DNA of 64,000 nt, from assembly GCA_951812955.1 (NCBI GenBank), contig OX638340.1, positions 2,272,001-2,336,000 of the forward strand, written 5' to 3'. Under the pieces are notes generated by a model. It had not been told where the DNA came from. It ran no database searches and saw nothing but the letters and a program-made list of their open reading frames with translations. Shown here piece by piece: positions 46,540-56,244 of this stretch. The position numbers and the translations under genes were made by a program. Each line of letters starts with the position of its first letter. Within the stretch, counting starts at the first letter, position 1. Source of the stretch: an uncultured Gemmatimonadota bacterium. GTDB taxonomy: Bacteria > JAAXHH01.

Positions 46540-47516
46540 TGGGATTCCGTGGTCCGCCTGGTCGGCCCGGACGACTTGGACTGCGTGTTACCTTCGGCCT
46601 GCTCGGCCTGCTCGGCTTGTTCGGCCCGTGCCATCACCGCTTCCGCCAGCCGGCGGCCCAGTTCCGGTCCTTCTTCCGGCAGTCCCCGCAGGCCGTGGCG
46701 CGCGATCCAGCTGCCGTCATCGGCGGCCAGCACGGCGTCCAGCTCCAGGCAATCGTCCCGGATTCTCCCCCAGGCGCCAACCGGGGTATGGCAACCGCCG
46801 CCTATACGATAGAGAAAAGACCGCTCCGCCATCACCGCCTGCCTGGCCGGGAGGTCCTCGATTCGCCTTGCCGCTTCCAAGGTGGGATGATCGTCCTTAC
46901 GGGTTTCAATCGCGAGCGCCGCCTGGCCGACGGCCGGCATGCAGACCTCCGGCGGCAATATCTCGGATATGCGGTCATTCCAGCCCAGTCGCTGCAATCC
47001 CGCCACGGCCAGCACGATGGCGTCCGGACCGTCCGGTTCTTCCAGTTTCTTCAACCTGGTGTCTATATTCCCTCGAATGCCCGAAAAGCGCAGATCCGGC
47101 CGGTAATGTTGAAGCTGCGAGCGCCGCCTCGGACTCCCCGTGGCGACCAGGGCGCCCGATGGGAGCTCGTCGAGTCTGGCGCTGTCGCGGCTGATCAGGG
47201 CGTCCCGCACGTCCACGCGCTCCGGCACCGCGGCGATCGCCAATCCATCGGGAAGGGACGTGGGCAGGTCCTTGAGACTGTGTACGGCCATGTCGATCTC
47301 TCCCGAGACCAGGGCCCGTTCCAGTTCCTTGACGAAGACGCCCTCGCCGCCGAAGGTGTCCAGGGAAGCGCTTCTGTCAGAATCGCCCTTCGTCTTGATG
47401 ACGCGCACCTGTACGGACAGGCCGCCCTGGCCCGCTTCCAGGTCCTTGGCCACCGAATGGGCCTGGACGAGGGCCAGCCTGCTGCCGCGGGTGCCTATGA
47501 TCAATGAAGAAGCCAT
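46536..47516 (-). CDS. hemC: Hydroxymethylbilane synthase (porphobilinogen deaminase).
   Basis: MASSLIIGTRGSRLALVQAHSV...LKGNIDTRL... The C-terminus carries an AEQAEQAEQAE repeat from 9-nt tandem repeats. Confidence 0.9.
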   Translation of the reverse strand: MASSLIIGTRGSRLALVQAHSVAKDLEAGQGGLSVQVRVIKTKGDSDRSASLDTFGGEGVFVKELERALVSGEIDMAVHSLKDLPTSLPDGLAIAAVPERVDVRDALISRDSARLDELPSGALVATGSPRRRSQLQHYRPDLRFSGIRGNIDTRLKKLEEPDGPDAIVLAVAGLQRLGWNDRISEILPPEVCMPAVGQAALAIETRKDDHPTLEAARRIEDLPARQAVMAERSFLYRIGGGCHTPVGAWGRIRDDCLELDAVLAADDGSWIARHGLRGLPEEGPELGRRLAEAVMARAEQAEQAEQAEGNTQSKSSGPTRRTTESQ

Positions 47517-47555
47517 GGGAAGGGATCGACGTCCCGGACGCCTGGACTCGCCGCG

Positions 47556-48854
47556 CTATTCGTTTCCGGCGCCGTTCTTTTCGTTCCCGTGTTCGTCGAG
47601 TCCGAAGAGGTGTCGCAGGCTGTAGAGGTGGTAGTCCTTGTGCTCCGGATCGGTAGTGTTTCTGAGCTGGACCGTCGGTTGATGCAGCAGCTTGTTTACG
47701 ATGGCGCGGGTCATCTTGTCCACGGTCTCGCGGTCCTCTTCGGAAAGATGACCGAGTTGCGCGAAGGCGCGGCCGACTTCCTGGTGCCGGACGTCGTCCG
47801 CGAAGTGGCGGAGTTGGGCAATGGTGGGCGTGATGGAGAGATTCTGGTACCATGCGAGTAGCCGTTCTACCTCTGTCTCGACAATCGCCTCCACCTTCTG
47901 CGCTTCCACCTTACGCGCCTCTGCGTTGTCGTCCACCACCGATTGCAGGTCGTCCATGTCGTAAAGGATCACATTATAGAGATCACGCACGCGGGGGTCG
48001 ATATCCCGTGGCGCGGCGATGTCGATCAGGAAAATGGGCCGGTTATGACGATCGTGCATGATGTCGATCATCCGGTCCCTTCCCAGCACCGGTTCGGTGG
48101 CGCCGGTGGAACTGATGACGATATCGACATCGGAGATCATCTGCAGTCCGTCGTGCAGGGAAACGGCGATCCCGTCGAAGCGGTGGGCCAGGTCGGCAGC
48201 CCGGTCGTAGGTCCTGTTGGCGACGATGAGCCGCTTCACGCCCTGGTCGACGAGGTACTCCGCGGTGCGTTCGCCGGTCTCTCCCGCCCCGATCAACATG
48301 GCCGTATGCTGCCGCAGATCCTTGAAGATCTTCCGGGCGAGTTCGACCGCCACGGAACTGACGGAAACCGAACCCGACCCGATCTCCGTTGTCTCCCGCA
48401 CCTGCTTGCCCACGGCCAGCGCCTTTTCAAACAACCGGTTGAGGACCAGTCCCGTGGTCTTCGTATTCAGCGACTGCATGTAGGCCTCTCTGACCTGGCC
48501 GAGGATCTGCTGTTCCCCGACGACCATCGAGTCCAGGCTGGAGACGACCCGGAACAGGTGCCGGATGACCGCCTCGTCCCTCCGGTGATAGAGGTAAGGA
48601 GACAGTACGCCTTTGTCCACGCCGTGGATCTCGTGAAACCACGCTTCGATCGGACCGGGATCGGTATGTTCCTCATCGGTGGTCGCGTACATTTCACTGC
48701 GGTTGCACGTGGAAAGCAGTACCGCTTCCAAAATGCCGGTCGAAGTCTTCACGAAGGAAAGGGCCTTATCCTGGAGCGACTTCGTCAGTACCGCCTGGTC
48801 GCGTACATCCACAGGCGCGGTATGGTGACTCAGTCCGACGAGTGTAAGATGCAT
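47556..48854 (-). CDS. hemA: Glutamyl-tRNA reductase.
   Basis: Taken from the internal start MHLTLVGLSHHTAPVDVRDQ...STCNRSEMY..., which has the HemA catalytic Cys motif. It is followed by an NAD-binding region (LIGAGETG). The longer 530-aa ORF is an upstream extension overlapping sirC. Confidence 0.9.
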   Translation of the reverse strand: MHLTLVGLSHHTAPVDVRDQAVLTKSLQDKALSFVKTSTGILEAVLLSTCNRSEMYATTDEEHTDPGPIEAWFHEIHGVDKGVLSPYLYHRRDEAVIRHLFRVVSSLDSMVVGEQQILGQVREAYMQSLNTKTTGLVLNRLFEKALAVGKQVRETTEIGSGSVSVSSVAVELARKIFKDLRQHTAMLIGAGETGERTAEYLVDQGVKRLIVANRTYDRAADLAHRFDGIAVSLHDGLQMISDVDIVISSTGATEPVLGRDRMIDIMHDRHNRPIFLIDIAAPRDIDPRVRDLYNVILYDMDDLQSVVDDNAEARKVEAQKVEAIVETEVERLLAWYQNLSITPTIAQLRHFADDVRHQEVGRAFAQLGHLSEEDRETVDKMTRAIVNKLLHQPTVQLRNTTDPEHKDYHLYSLRHLFGLDEHGNEKNGAGNE

Positions 48855-49507
48855 GACTCCACCCTGTCGCGTGCTTCTTCCGCGCGTCCGGCGCGTATGA
48901 GATCGAGGAGGTCGGAATCTACCAGGGACGTCCACAACCTCGCGCGTGTTTCGATTTCGTCGGGGTGCCTGTCCTTCATCCGGGGACGGAACTCCCCCAG
49001 CAGGTCGAGCAGGACGGCGTACTCGGCCCCGAATGCCTCTTCCAGCTGCCCACGGATCTTCTTCGCCAGCGCGGGGCTCTTGCCCCCTGTGGATATGGCG
49101 ATGCACAGGTCGCCCTGTCGAACGATGGATGGCACGATGTACCTGCACAGTTCGGGCACGTCCACCACGTTGACCATGATGCCTTCCGTCTCGGCATCCA
49201 CGTAGACCCGCTCGTTGACTTCCGCGGAGTCGGTCGCGGAGATGACCAGCCTGAAATCCCGGACGTCGCCGGGTTCGTACCGCCTTGCGAGCCAGCGCAA
49301 TTCGCTATTGTCCGCCCGGTCACGCAGTTCCTCCGTCAGATCGGGGCTGATCACGGTTACAACCCCTCCGCATTCGAGCAACGATCCAGCCTTCTCAGCC
49401 GCGATCGCGCCGCCGCCTACCACCAGGCACGGCTGTCCTTCGATGTCAACGAAAGCGGGGTAGTATTTCTTCATGGCCTTTCTTCCATCTTTCACCGGAT
49501 CGGTCAC
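48830..49507 (-). CDS. sirC: Precorrin-2 dehydrogenase / sirohydrochlorin ferrochelatase (siroheme synthase N-terminal domain, SirC/Met8-like).
   Basis: ...PAFVDIEGQPCLVVGGGAIAAEKAGSLLECGGVVTVISP... matches the CysG N-terminal Rossmann domain. It overlaps the hemA start. Confidence 0.7.
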   Translation of the reverse strand: MTDPVKDGRKAMKKYYPAFVDIEGQPCLVVGGGAIAAEKAGSLLECGGVVTVISPDLTEELRDRADNSELRWLARRYEPGDVRDFRLVISATDSAEVNERVYVDAETEGIMVNVVDVPELCRYIVPSIVRQGDLCIAISTGGKSPALAKKIRGQLEEAFGAEYAVLLDLLGEFRPRMKDRHPDEIETRARLWTSLVDSDLLDLIRAGRAEEARDRVESCILHSSD

Positions 49508-49537
49508 CGAAATCTCTCGCCGGCATCAGGCTTCGGA

Positions 49538-50359
49538 TCAGTCGAATATATGCAGGTTGGTCCATAGTCCGGCGCCGAGATAGGCCAGCAGCACGGACGC
49601 GAACCCGGCCATGGAAATGATGGCCGCCCTTTCGCCCTGCCAACCCGCGGTATAGCGCGTAATCAGCTGGGAAGTGTAGATAACCCAGGTCAGCATCACG
49701 CACAGTACTTTCGGATCCAGCAGCCAGGGCATTATCGAATCCCACGCGGCCGTCGCCCACCAGATCCCCGTTGCGATACCCGCGGACAGGAATACCCATC
49801 CGATGAGCGTTGCCTTCAGGTTCATCTCGTCCAGCATGCCCAGCGCGGGCAGCCGCGAAAACACCAGGCCCACGCGCCGGTGGTGGATGTAGTACATCTG
49901 CATGACGTACAACAGCCCGGTGATGAATGTGAAGGAAAACGCCGCGTATGCCAGGAAACTCGCCGTTACGTGGAAATTGAACCATGGGCTCTGGAGGAGT
50001 GGCGGCAACGGATCGACTGGACTCATGAACGCCGTGGAGGCTGTCTGCGCCGCCAGGATCAGGGGCAGGACGAACACCCCCAGCGACCGGTCGTGGAAAC
50101 GGCGCTCCAGGAACAGGTAGACCACGGCGATGAGCCATGCGAAGAAGCTCATCGACTCGTGAAGGCCGACGAAAGGCGCGTGGCTGGATTCGACGGCGCG
50201 GGCGATCAGAAAGGCGCTGTGGCAGGCCAGCGCCAGCACCAGGCACAGGCTGGCGTAGAACCCTGACCTGGGTTGCTTCGTCCAGAAATGGCGGAAGTAG
50301 ATCACCGTGGCGACCGCGTAACCCGCCAGAATCAATCCATGCAGAATATAGATGCCCAA
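49538..50359 (-). CDS. CcsA/ResC-family cytochrome c assembly-like membrane protein, in the HemX position of a hemAXCDBL-type operon.
   Basis: 273 aa with 8 predicted transmembrane helices and a Trp-rich region (TGIWWATAAWDSIMPW). It is the first gene of the heme cluster, as in Bacillus hemX. Confidence 0.65.
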   Translation of the reverse strand: MGIYILHGLILAGYAVATVIYFRHFWTKQPRSGFYASLCLVLALACHSAFLIARAVESSHAPFVGLHESMSFFAWLIAVVYLFLERRFHDRSLGVFVLPLILAAQTASTAFMSPVDPLPPLLQSPWFNFHVTASFLAYAAFSFTFITGLLYVMQMYYIHHRRVGLVFSRLPALGMLDEMNLKATLIGWVFLSAGIATGIWWATAAWDSIMPWLLDPKVLCVMLTWVIYTSQLITRYTAGWQGERAAIISMAGFASVLLAYLGAGLWTNLHIFD

Positions 50360-50507
50360 GGATGTAACCTCGAAGTGATACCGCCTCGATAATTCAGACC
50401 CGATAAGATACCGTAAAATACCGTCCTATCATGTATTTATCAAGTCGAAAGGGGTGCGGGCCGGGTCGCCTGGGTCGCACGCGCCTGGATCGCCTCGCTA
50501 GGGTCGC

Positions 50508-51425
50508 CTAGTCCACGTTTCTCATTTGTGCCAGTATATCCATGCCTACGCTTCGGCCCCACGCCTCCATGACCCGCGCGAACAGTGGGCCGGGCTTGCC
50601 GTCGCCGATGGGCGTGTTGTTGATGCGCGTACAAGGCGCGAGACAATACGGCGTACTCGTCAGCCACGCCTCGTCGGCATTGACGGCGTCGTATGGCTGA
50701 AGATCCTTCTCGACCCAGTCCAGCCCCAGGTCGGGCGCTAGTTCCCGCAGCGTGACCAGACTTACGCCTTCGAGGATGTTCCGGCTGGTGGGCGTATAGA
50801 TAGTATCATTTTCCACCACGACGAAGTTGGCCCCCGAGCACTCGGTGAGGTTGCCGTCCAGGTCGAGCAGCAGCGAGGTGGCGGAGGGGTCGACGGACTG
50901 CGTCTGCCGATCGGCCAGCCAGTAGTGCAGGCGCGAGCGGTTTTTCGTCTTGGGATCGACGCACTGGGGCGGTACGTGCCGGATGGAGGGTGTGACCACG
51001 TGGACGCCCTGCTCGAAGAAGGGGCGCCACACGGTGAAGGGCAGCGGAAAGGAGTGGATGCACAAGGTAGGCGAAAGGCGCACCGGCTTACCGGCGCTGC
51101 CCGCGTAGATCTGGTTTTCCCCGGGGGTTACGAAGTGGACGACGCCCAGGTCCTGCTCCGGGCCGATCAGCCTGCAGTTGGTCTCGATGAGGCTTCGTGT
51201 GCGTTCGACCAGGCCATCGTGGTCCGTATCCAGCTCGAAACCGGCGTATTTGCACGACCGCAGGAGCCGCCGCACATGCTCTTCCAGGCGAAACGGCGCA
51301 TGCCCGAAAGTGCGGGTCATTTCGGTCACGGTGGCCCCCAGGACAATCCCCAGGTCATAGATATTCAAATGGGCCTCGGAAGCTGGGACGAATCCATCGT
51401 TGAGATAGACGACCGGTTCATTCAT
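50508..51425 (-). CDS. Class IV (branched-chain / D-amino-acid) aminotransferase-family protein.
   Basis: 305 aa with the fold-type IV PLP pattern (...LNIYDLGIVLGATVTEMTRTFG...EAWLTSTPYCLAPCTRIN...). Confidence 0.7.
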   Translation of the reverse strand: MNEPVVYLNDGFVPASEAHLNIYDLGIVLGATVTEMTRTFGHAPFRLEEHVRRLLRSCKYAGFELDTDHDGLVERTRSLIETNCRLIGPEQDLGVVHFVTPGENQIYAGSAGKPVRLSPTLCIHSFPLPFTVWRPFFEQGVHVVTPSIRHVPPQCVDPKTKNRSRLHYWLADRQTQSVDPSATSLLLDLDGNLTECSGANFVVVENDTIYTPTSRNILEGVSLVTLRELAPDLGLDWVEKDLQPYDAVNADEAWLTSTPYCLAPCTRINNTPIGDGKPGPLFARVMEAWGRSVGMDILAQMRNVD

Positions 51426-51491
51426 AACGCGTTTTTCTCCTGTCTATAAAACCGTAACTCATGGGTCTTCAGTGCAACGGGTCCACGCCGG

Positions 51492-51545
51492 ATGGCGCCT
51501 TTCGTTCGCCGCGCCAGATGGCGCCTTTCGTTCGCCGCGCCCCGT
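51492..51545. repeat. Two tandem 27-bp units, each able to form a GGCGC-N12-GCGCC hairpin. They lie in the leader of the aminotransferase gene and the divergent era promoter region.
   Basis: gatggcgcctttcgttcgccgcgcca is repeated directly. Further GCCGTAAC(A/T)G and CGTGACAGG direct motifs lie at 51590-51720. Confidence 0.75.
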
Positions 51546-51862
51546 ATTCACGTCGCATTCGAAATACAAACTACACCCTCGGCCGTGACAATTAAACAGC
51601 GAATGATAAAAACATCCGGTTCACGGTCGCGCGGGCAGCCGTAACAGGCCGTTCGCGGGCAGGCCTTCAGTGGCCTGTACACGGGAAGGCCGTAACTGCC
51701 CGTGACAGGCCGATACTGGCAATTATCGGGCATGTCCCACCTGTTCCCGTCGTGCGGCCAACAGTCTTTTCTCTTTTGTTAAATCATAGTATTACGTATA
51801 AAGAACGTTCCAGTCCTATCTTGACTCATCGTACGCCCCTGGCTGTCAAACGGCAGTTTCTC

Positions 51863-52792
51863 ATGGCACCCACTGAACATATGGAAAGCACGGACAGCGC
51901 CGGATCGCATCGCGCAGGCTTCGTCGCCCTGGTCGGGAAACCGAATGTGGGCAAGTCCACCCTGATGAACGCGTTCCTTCAGCACCGGCTTTCCATCGTC
52001 ACCCCCAGGCCCCAGACCACCCGTCAACGGGTGCTTGGCATTCTGACGAAGGATACCTGCCAGGTCCTGATCCTGGATACGCCCGGGTTGCTCGAACCCG
52101 GCTACCGGCTCCAGGAATACATGCTGCAGTCCGCGGTCCATACGCTGCACGACTCCGATGCGGCCGTGGCCATCGTCGACGCCACCCGTTTCGAACGCGA
52201 TCTCGACGACCGCGTCGTCGGGTTCCTCGAGCATAGCCGCGGACCGGTGATCCTGGCCATAAACAAAATCGACAGGGCATCCAGAACTTCCCTGCTTCCC
52301 ATGATCGACCGGGCCGCAGGCCGTTTCCCCTTTGCCGAGATCGTACCCGTGTCCGCCCTCAAGGGAGACGGTCTCGACCCTTTGCTCTCCGCCGTCATCC
52401 GCCTGCTCCCATCCGGGCCGGCACTGTATCCCGCCGACATGCTCACCGATCAACCGGAACGGTTCTTCGTGGGTGAAATCATCCGGGAGCACCTGTTTCT
52501 GGCCCTGCACGAGGAACTGCCCTACGCATCGGCCGTGATCGTGGAGGACTTCACGGACCGGCCCAACGGCACAGCCTTCATACAGGCGGGTATCATTATC
52601 GAGCGGACATCCCAGAAGGGCATCATCATCGGCAGGAACGGCCGCATGCTGAAGCGCATCGGCACGTCCGCGAGGAAGGCAATCGTCGAATTCCTCGACC
52701 GTCCCGTCTATCTCGACCTGCGGGTCAAGGTCAGGCCGTCCTGGCGTAAGAAAGAACAGGATCTGAAGCGTCTGGGCTACACCACGAGGTGA
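51863..52792 (+). CDS. era: GTPase Era.
   Basis: The G1-G4 motifs are present (GKPNVGKST, DTPG, NKID) and a C-terminal KH domain follows. The start is taken at the internal Met (MAPTEH...). Confidence 0.9.
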   Translation: MAPTEHMESTDSAGSHRAGFVALVGKPNVGKSTLMNAFLQHRLSIVTPRPQTTRQRVLGILTKDTCQVLILDTPGLLEPGYRLQEYMLQSAVHTLHDSDAAVAIVDATRFERDLDDRVVGFLEHSRGPVILAINKIDRASRTSLLPMIDRAAGRFPFAEIVPVSALKGDGLDPLLSAVIRLLPSGPALYPADMLTDQPERFFVGEIIREHLFLALHEELPYASAVIVEDFTDRPNGTAFIQAGIIIERTSQKGIIIGRNGRMLKRIGTSARKAIVEFLDRPVYLDLRVKVRPSWRKKEQDLKRLGYTTR

Positions 52793-52860
52793 GCGTCGCC
52801 GAGGCGAGCATCTGGGCTACACCGCGAGGTGAGTGTCGCCGAGGTGAGCGTCGCCGCAGG
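52772..52860. repeat. Tandem duplication of a roughly 40-bp unit comprising the last 7 codons and stop of era.
   Basis: Copy 1 at 52772-52811 contains the real TGA at 52790-52792. Copy 2, ctgggctacaccgcgaggtgagtgtcgccgaggtgagcgtcgcc..., starts at 52812. Confidence 0.85.
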
Positions 52861-52864
52861 GACC

Positions 52865-53953
52865 TTAAACCGGTCCCCGCAGCGCTGTGCCTAGTCTCTT
52901 GCCGGCGAGCCCGGCGTACCGTTCCAGATCCTCCCACAACGCCTCCAGCGGCCGGAGTTCGTTCCAGGGCCGGACTGCCTGACGGTCGTATCCTTCGATC
53001 AGGGACAGGATCCGCACGCACCACTGCACGGGCAGGATGGCTTGGTATACGTCCATCTTCTCGAAGGCGTGGGGATCGGCGCTTTTTTCGCAGTAAACCG
53101 CGATCATCTCTTCCCGCAAACCAGACGCCAGCGCCGCGCTCTCCGGATGCCAGAAAAAACCGGCGATCTCGTAAAAAGGGTCCATGATCCCCGCGTGTTC
53201 CCAGTCTACCAGCCCGACGACGTCCCGTTCCGCCTTGATCACATTGGCCGGCCGTAAATCTCCATGACACAGGCGTGGCGGGGCATCTGCCCATAACGCG
53301 GGCTGCAGGTCCGCCATGGCCAGGCACCGCCTCAGGTCGAGCAACCTGTCCACGGTCCGGCAGAAAGACGGATCGTTCATGGCGGGCGATGCGGACATGG
53401 CGCGCATTGTCTCGTCCATATACGCGAGGCAGTCAGCGGGACGGGACGGCCCCGCCGGTGGGGCCAGTAAGGGATCTCCGGGATCCCTATGGCCATGCAC
53501 CGCGACCGCGATTCCGAGGAGCAGGGCCAGGTCCTCCCTGGTCATGCTTGCGGGTACCACCGCCGACCCCGGTAGTTTATCGTAGATCAGCACGGGGGCG
53601 TTCAGAACCGCTGCCAAGGAATCCGCAAAAACGGCATTCGGCACTTCTTCCAGGCTGGCAAGCCGGGTCAACGCCGCAAACTCCCGTTCGAGGCGCCGTG
53701 CGCGATCACCCGGATATACCTTAAGGAGAAAGATGCCTGCGGATGTATCTACTTCGTATATAAGGTTGTTGAATCCGCCGGCCAGAGACCGGACACGGCG
53801 TGGGCCCATGGCGAACCCGTGCCCTTCCTCGGCCAGCCGCCGGAGGTAGCGCGATACGGCCGCCAGGTCCGCGGACTCACCTTCACGGAGCGGCGGCGTT
53901 CCCCGATCGTCCCTGGATTCAGTCATCATCGAGCGATACATAGGACGATACAT
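52865..53953 (-). CDS. Phosphotransferase (APH / choline-kinase-like protein-kinase fold) family protein.
   Basis: 362 aa. ...LCHGDLRPANVIKAE...VGLVDWEHAG... has the catalytic HGD and DWE motifs of the APH family. Confidence 0.65.
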   Translation of the reverse strand: MYRPMYRSMMTESRDDRGTPPLREGESADLAAVSRYLRRLAEEGHGFAMGPRRVRSLAGGFNNLIYEVDTSAGIFLLKVYPGDRARRLEREFAALTRLASLEEVPNAVFADSLAAVLNAPVLIYDKLPGSAVVPASMTREDLALLLGIAVAVHGHRDPGDPLLAPPAGPSRPADCLAYMDETMRAMSASPAMNDPSFCRTVDRLLDLRRCLAMADLQPALWADAPPRLCHGDLRPANVIKAERDVVGLVDWEHAGIMDPFYEIAGFFWHPESAALASGLREEMIAVYCEKSADPHAFEKMDVYQAILPVQWCVRILSLIEGYDRQAVRPWNELRPLEALWEDLERYAGLAGKRLGTALRGPV

Positions 53954-54109
53954 GACCGGCTGTTCCCTCCTGGCCTTTTCCGATTGCCCGCGGGTCTGCC
54001 CGTTCGTATCTTCATTACTCGGAACCCATCATCCGGCGCACCCCGGAACACAGGTTTCCGAGTGTCCCGTTCCACGTCCGGCTCATCCCTTATACCGGTG
54101 TGATGCAAG

Positions 54110-55012
54110 ATGAAACCCCTTTGCCGGCTCCGGTTTGCCGCAAAGAACCTGTCCCGGTACCTGTCGCTCCTGTCGCTCAGACAGGCCACCGCGTCGATCT
54201 CCGTCCTGCTGCTGACGACCCTGGGTTGCGGAAGCGCCTTCCAGAATATCAACGTCCTCAGCGAGTCGGATGAAATAGCGCTCGGCCGCGAGTTTTCGAG
54301 AGAAATCGAAAGAGAGATCAAACTGTTCACGGACCCGGAGGTGGTCCGCTACGTCGACGAACTGGGGCAGACCCTCGTCCGGCATTCCAAACGGTCCAAT
54401 TTACAATACTACATAAAAGTCGTGGATACGGATGAAGTCAACGCCTTTGCCCTTCCCGGCGGCTTTCTCTATGTCAATCGGGGCCTCATCTCCTTAGCGA
54501 ACACCGAATCGGAACTGGCGGGGGTGATCTCCCACGAAATCGGGCACGTGGTGGGGCGTCACGGCGCCAAGGCCCTGACCCGGCAACTCGGGCTGGAGAT
54601 CGTGCTGGGCATGATATCGGGAAGGAACTCCACCGGCGTCCAGCGCGTCGCTTCGCAACTGGCGGGAATCGGCGGCATCCTCTCCATGTTGCACTACTCC
54701 CGGGAAGCGGAACGGGAAGCGGACGCCCTAGCGGTCGAGAACCTCCGGGAGGCCGGCTACGATCCCGATGGCGTCTCGGCGTTCTTCGAGAAGCTCCTGG
54801 AAATCAACGACCGTGAACCCGGCGCGCTGGCCCTGCTGTTCTCGACTCATCCACCGAGCAGGGAACGCATCGATCAAACCAGGAAACAGATCGCCGGACT
54901 ACCGGTCCTGGACGGACTGATTACCGATTCGGAACGGTTTCATCAGATCAAGAGCCGGCTGCCGCCGCTTAAGAAGAACCCGCTGGACAATGAAGTACCA
55001 ACTGGACAATAA
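54110..55012 (+). CDS. M48-family zinc metallopeptidase lipoprotein.
   Basis: It has a lipobox (LTTLGCGS). HEIGHVVGRH is the HExxH motif, and a downstream Glu (REAEREAD) is present. Confidence 0.8.
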   Translation: MKPLCRLRFAAKNLSRYLSLLSLRQATASISVLLLTTLGCGSAFQNINVLSESDEIALGREFSREIEREIKLFTDPEVVRYVDELGQTLVRHSKRSNLQYYIKVVDTDEVNAFALPGGFLYVNRGLISLANTESELAGVISHEIGHVVGRHGAKALTRQLGLEIVLGMISGRNSTGVQRVASQLAGIGGILSMLHYSREAEREADALAVENLREAGYDPDGVSAFFEKLLEINDREPGALALLFSTHPPSRERIDQTRKQIAGLPVLDGLITDSERFHQIKSRLPPLKKNPLDNEVPTGQ

Positions 55013-55050
55013 GGAATAAGCGCAACCGCTCCGCACGCACCGATCAGCCC

Positions 55051-56244
55051 ATGCCGCCATCAAACCTCGAAAACAGCCCTGGCCTCCTCCTGCGTGGGGG
55101 GACCGTCGTGGACCCGTCGCAGGATCTGAACCGGGTATGCGATGTCTCCATTTGCGGCGGTTCGATTTCGGCCGTAGGCGACGGCCTGCCAGTGGAGGGC
55201 CGACGCGTCCTCGACGTATCCGGCCGCTACGTCTTTCCCGGACTGGTCGACCTGCACGCCCACATCTGCTGGGGATTCACCGACATCGGCCTGGTTCCCG
55301 ACGACGTCTGTCCCTCCACCGGCGTAACCGCTATCGTGGACGCCGGAAGCTCTAGCTGGCCCAGCCAGGAGGCCTTCCGCCGCAACGTTGCGGAACCTTC
55401 CAGGACCCGGGTTTTCGGCTTCTCCAACATCTCGAGCGTGGGCATCCCGACGGCGGGCACTCCCGAACTGGCCAGCCTGCGGTTCGTGGACGTGGACCGT
55501 TCCGTGACCGCCGTAGCCGGCAATCGGGACCTGATGACCGGTATCAAGGTAAGACAGGGCCGGCACCTGGTGGGCGACAATGGCGTCGAGCCGACGCGCC
55601 TGGCGGTAGAGGCCGCCGAACAGCTCGGCGTCCCGGTCATGGTCCACGTGGGCAATACGCCGTGTCCCCTCGGCGGCATTATGGACCTGCTTCGGCCAGG
55701 CGACATCATCACGCACGCCTATCACGGCCATCCCCACGGCATTCTGGACGACCACCGGGCCATTTGGGAGGACGTCATCGAGGGACGTTCCCGGGGCATC
55801 CTGATGGACGTGGGACACGGCGCAGGCAGTTTCAGCTTCGACGTGGCCAAAGCGGCCTTCGAGCGGGGGTTCTTCCCGGACGCCATCAGCACGGACCTGT
55901 ACACCGTAAACGTCAATGGCCCGGTTTTCGACTTGCCGACCACCATGTCCAAGATGCTTAACCTGGGCATGCCCCTCACGGACATCGTGGAGAGTACGAC
56001 CACCATACCGGCCGCGGCGATCGGGCGCACGGAACTCGGCACGCTCCGGCCGGGCGCGTCGGCCGACGTGGCGGTCTTCGTAAAGGAGGAGGGCGAGTTC
56101 GAATTCACCGATTCGCACGGGGAACGCCGGATATGGCCGCGGCGCCTGGCCTGTGAAATGACCCTGCTGGACGGGGAGATCGTATTTGACCGGGAACGAT
56201 CCGCACGTCCGTCATTGGACGTCAACAACGGGGAAAACGCGTAA
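55051..56244 (+). CDS. Amidohydrolase-superfamily metallohydrolase (dihydroorotase / D-aminoacylase-like).
   Basis: ...GLVDLHAHI... is the HxH metal ligand, followed by a downstream His/Asp pattern. Length is 397 aa. Confidence 0.7.
   Translation: MPPSNLENSPGLLLRGGTVVDPSQDLNRVCDVSICGGSISAVGDGLPVEGRRVLDVSGRYVFPGLVDLHAHICWGFTDIGLVPDDVCPSTGVTAIVDAGSSSWPSQEAFRRNVAEPSRTRVFGFSNISSVGIPTAGTPELASLRFVDVDRSVTAVAGNRDLMTGIKVRQGRHLVGDNGVEPTRLAVEAAEQLGVPVMVHVGNTPCPLGGIMDLLRPGDIITHAYHGHPHGILDDHRAIWEDVIEGRSRGILMDVGHGAGSFSFDVAKAAFERGFFPDAISTDLYTVNVNGPVFDLPTTMSKMLNLGMPLTDIVESTTTIPAAAIGRTELGTLRPGASADVAVFVKEEGEFEFTDSHGERRIWPRRLACEMTLLDGEIVFDRERSARPSLDVNNGENA

Noticed and set aside
51426-51862. Chromosomal replication origin at the minus-to-plus gene-orientation switch.
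   Set aside because: I found no DnaA-box consensus (TTATCCACA or its reverse complement) or AT-rich DUE. No dnaA or dnaN lies nearby. A strand switch alone is insufficient.
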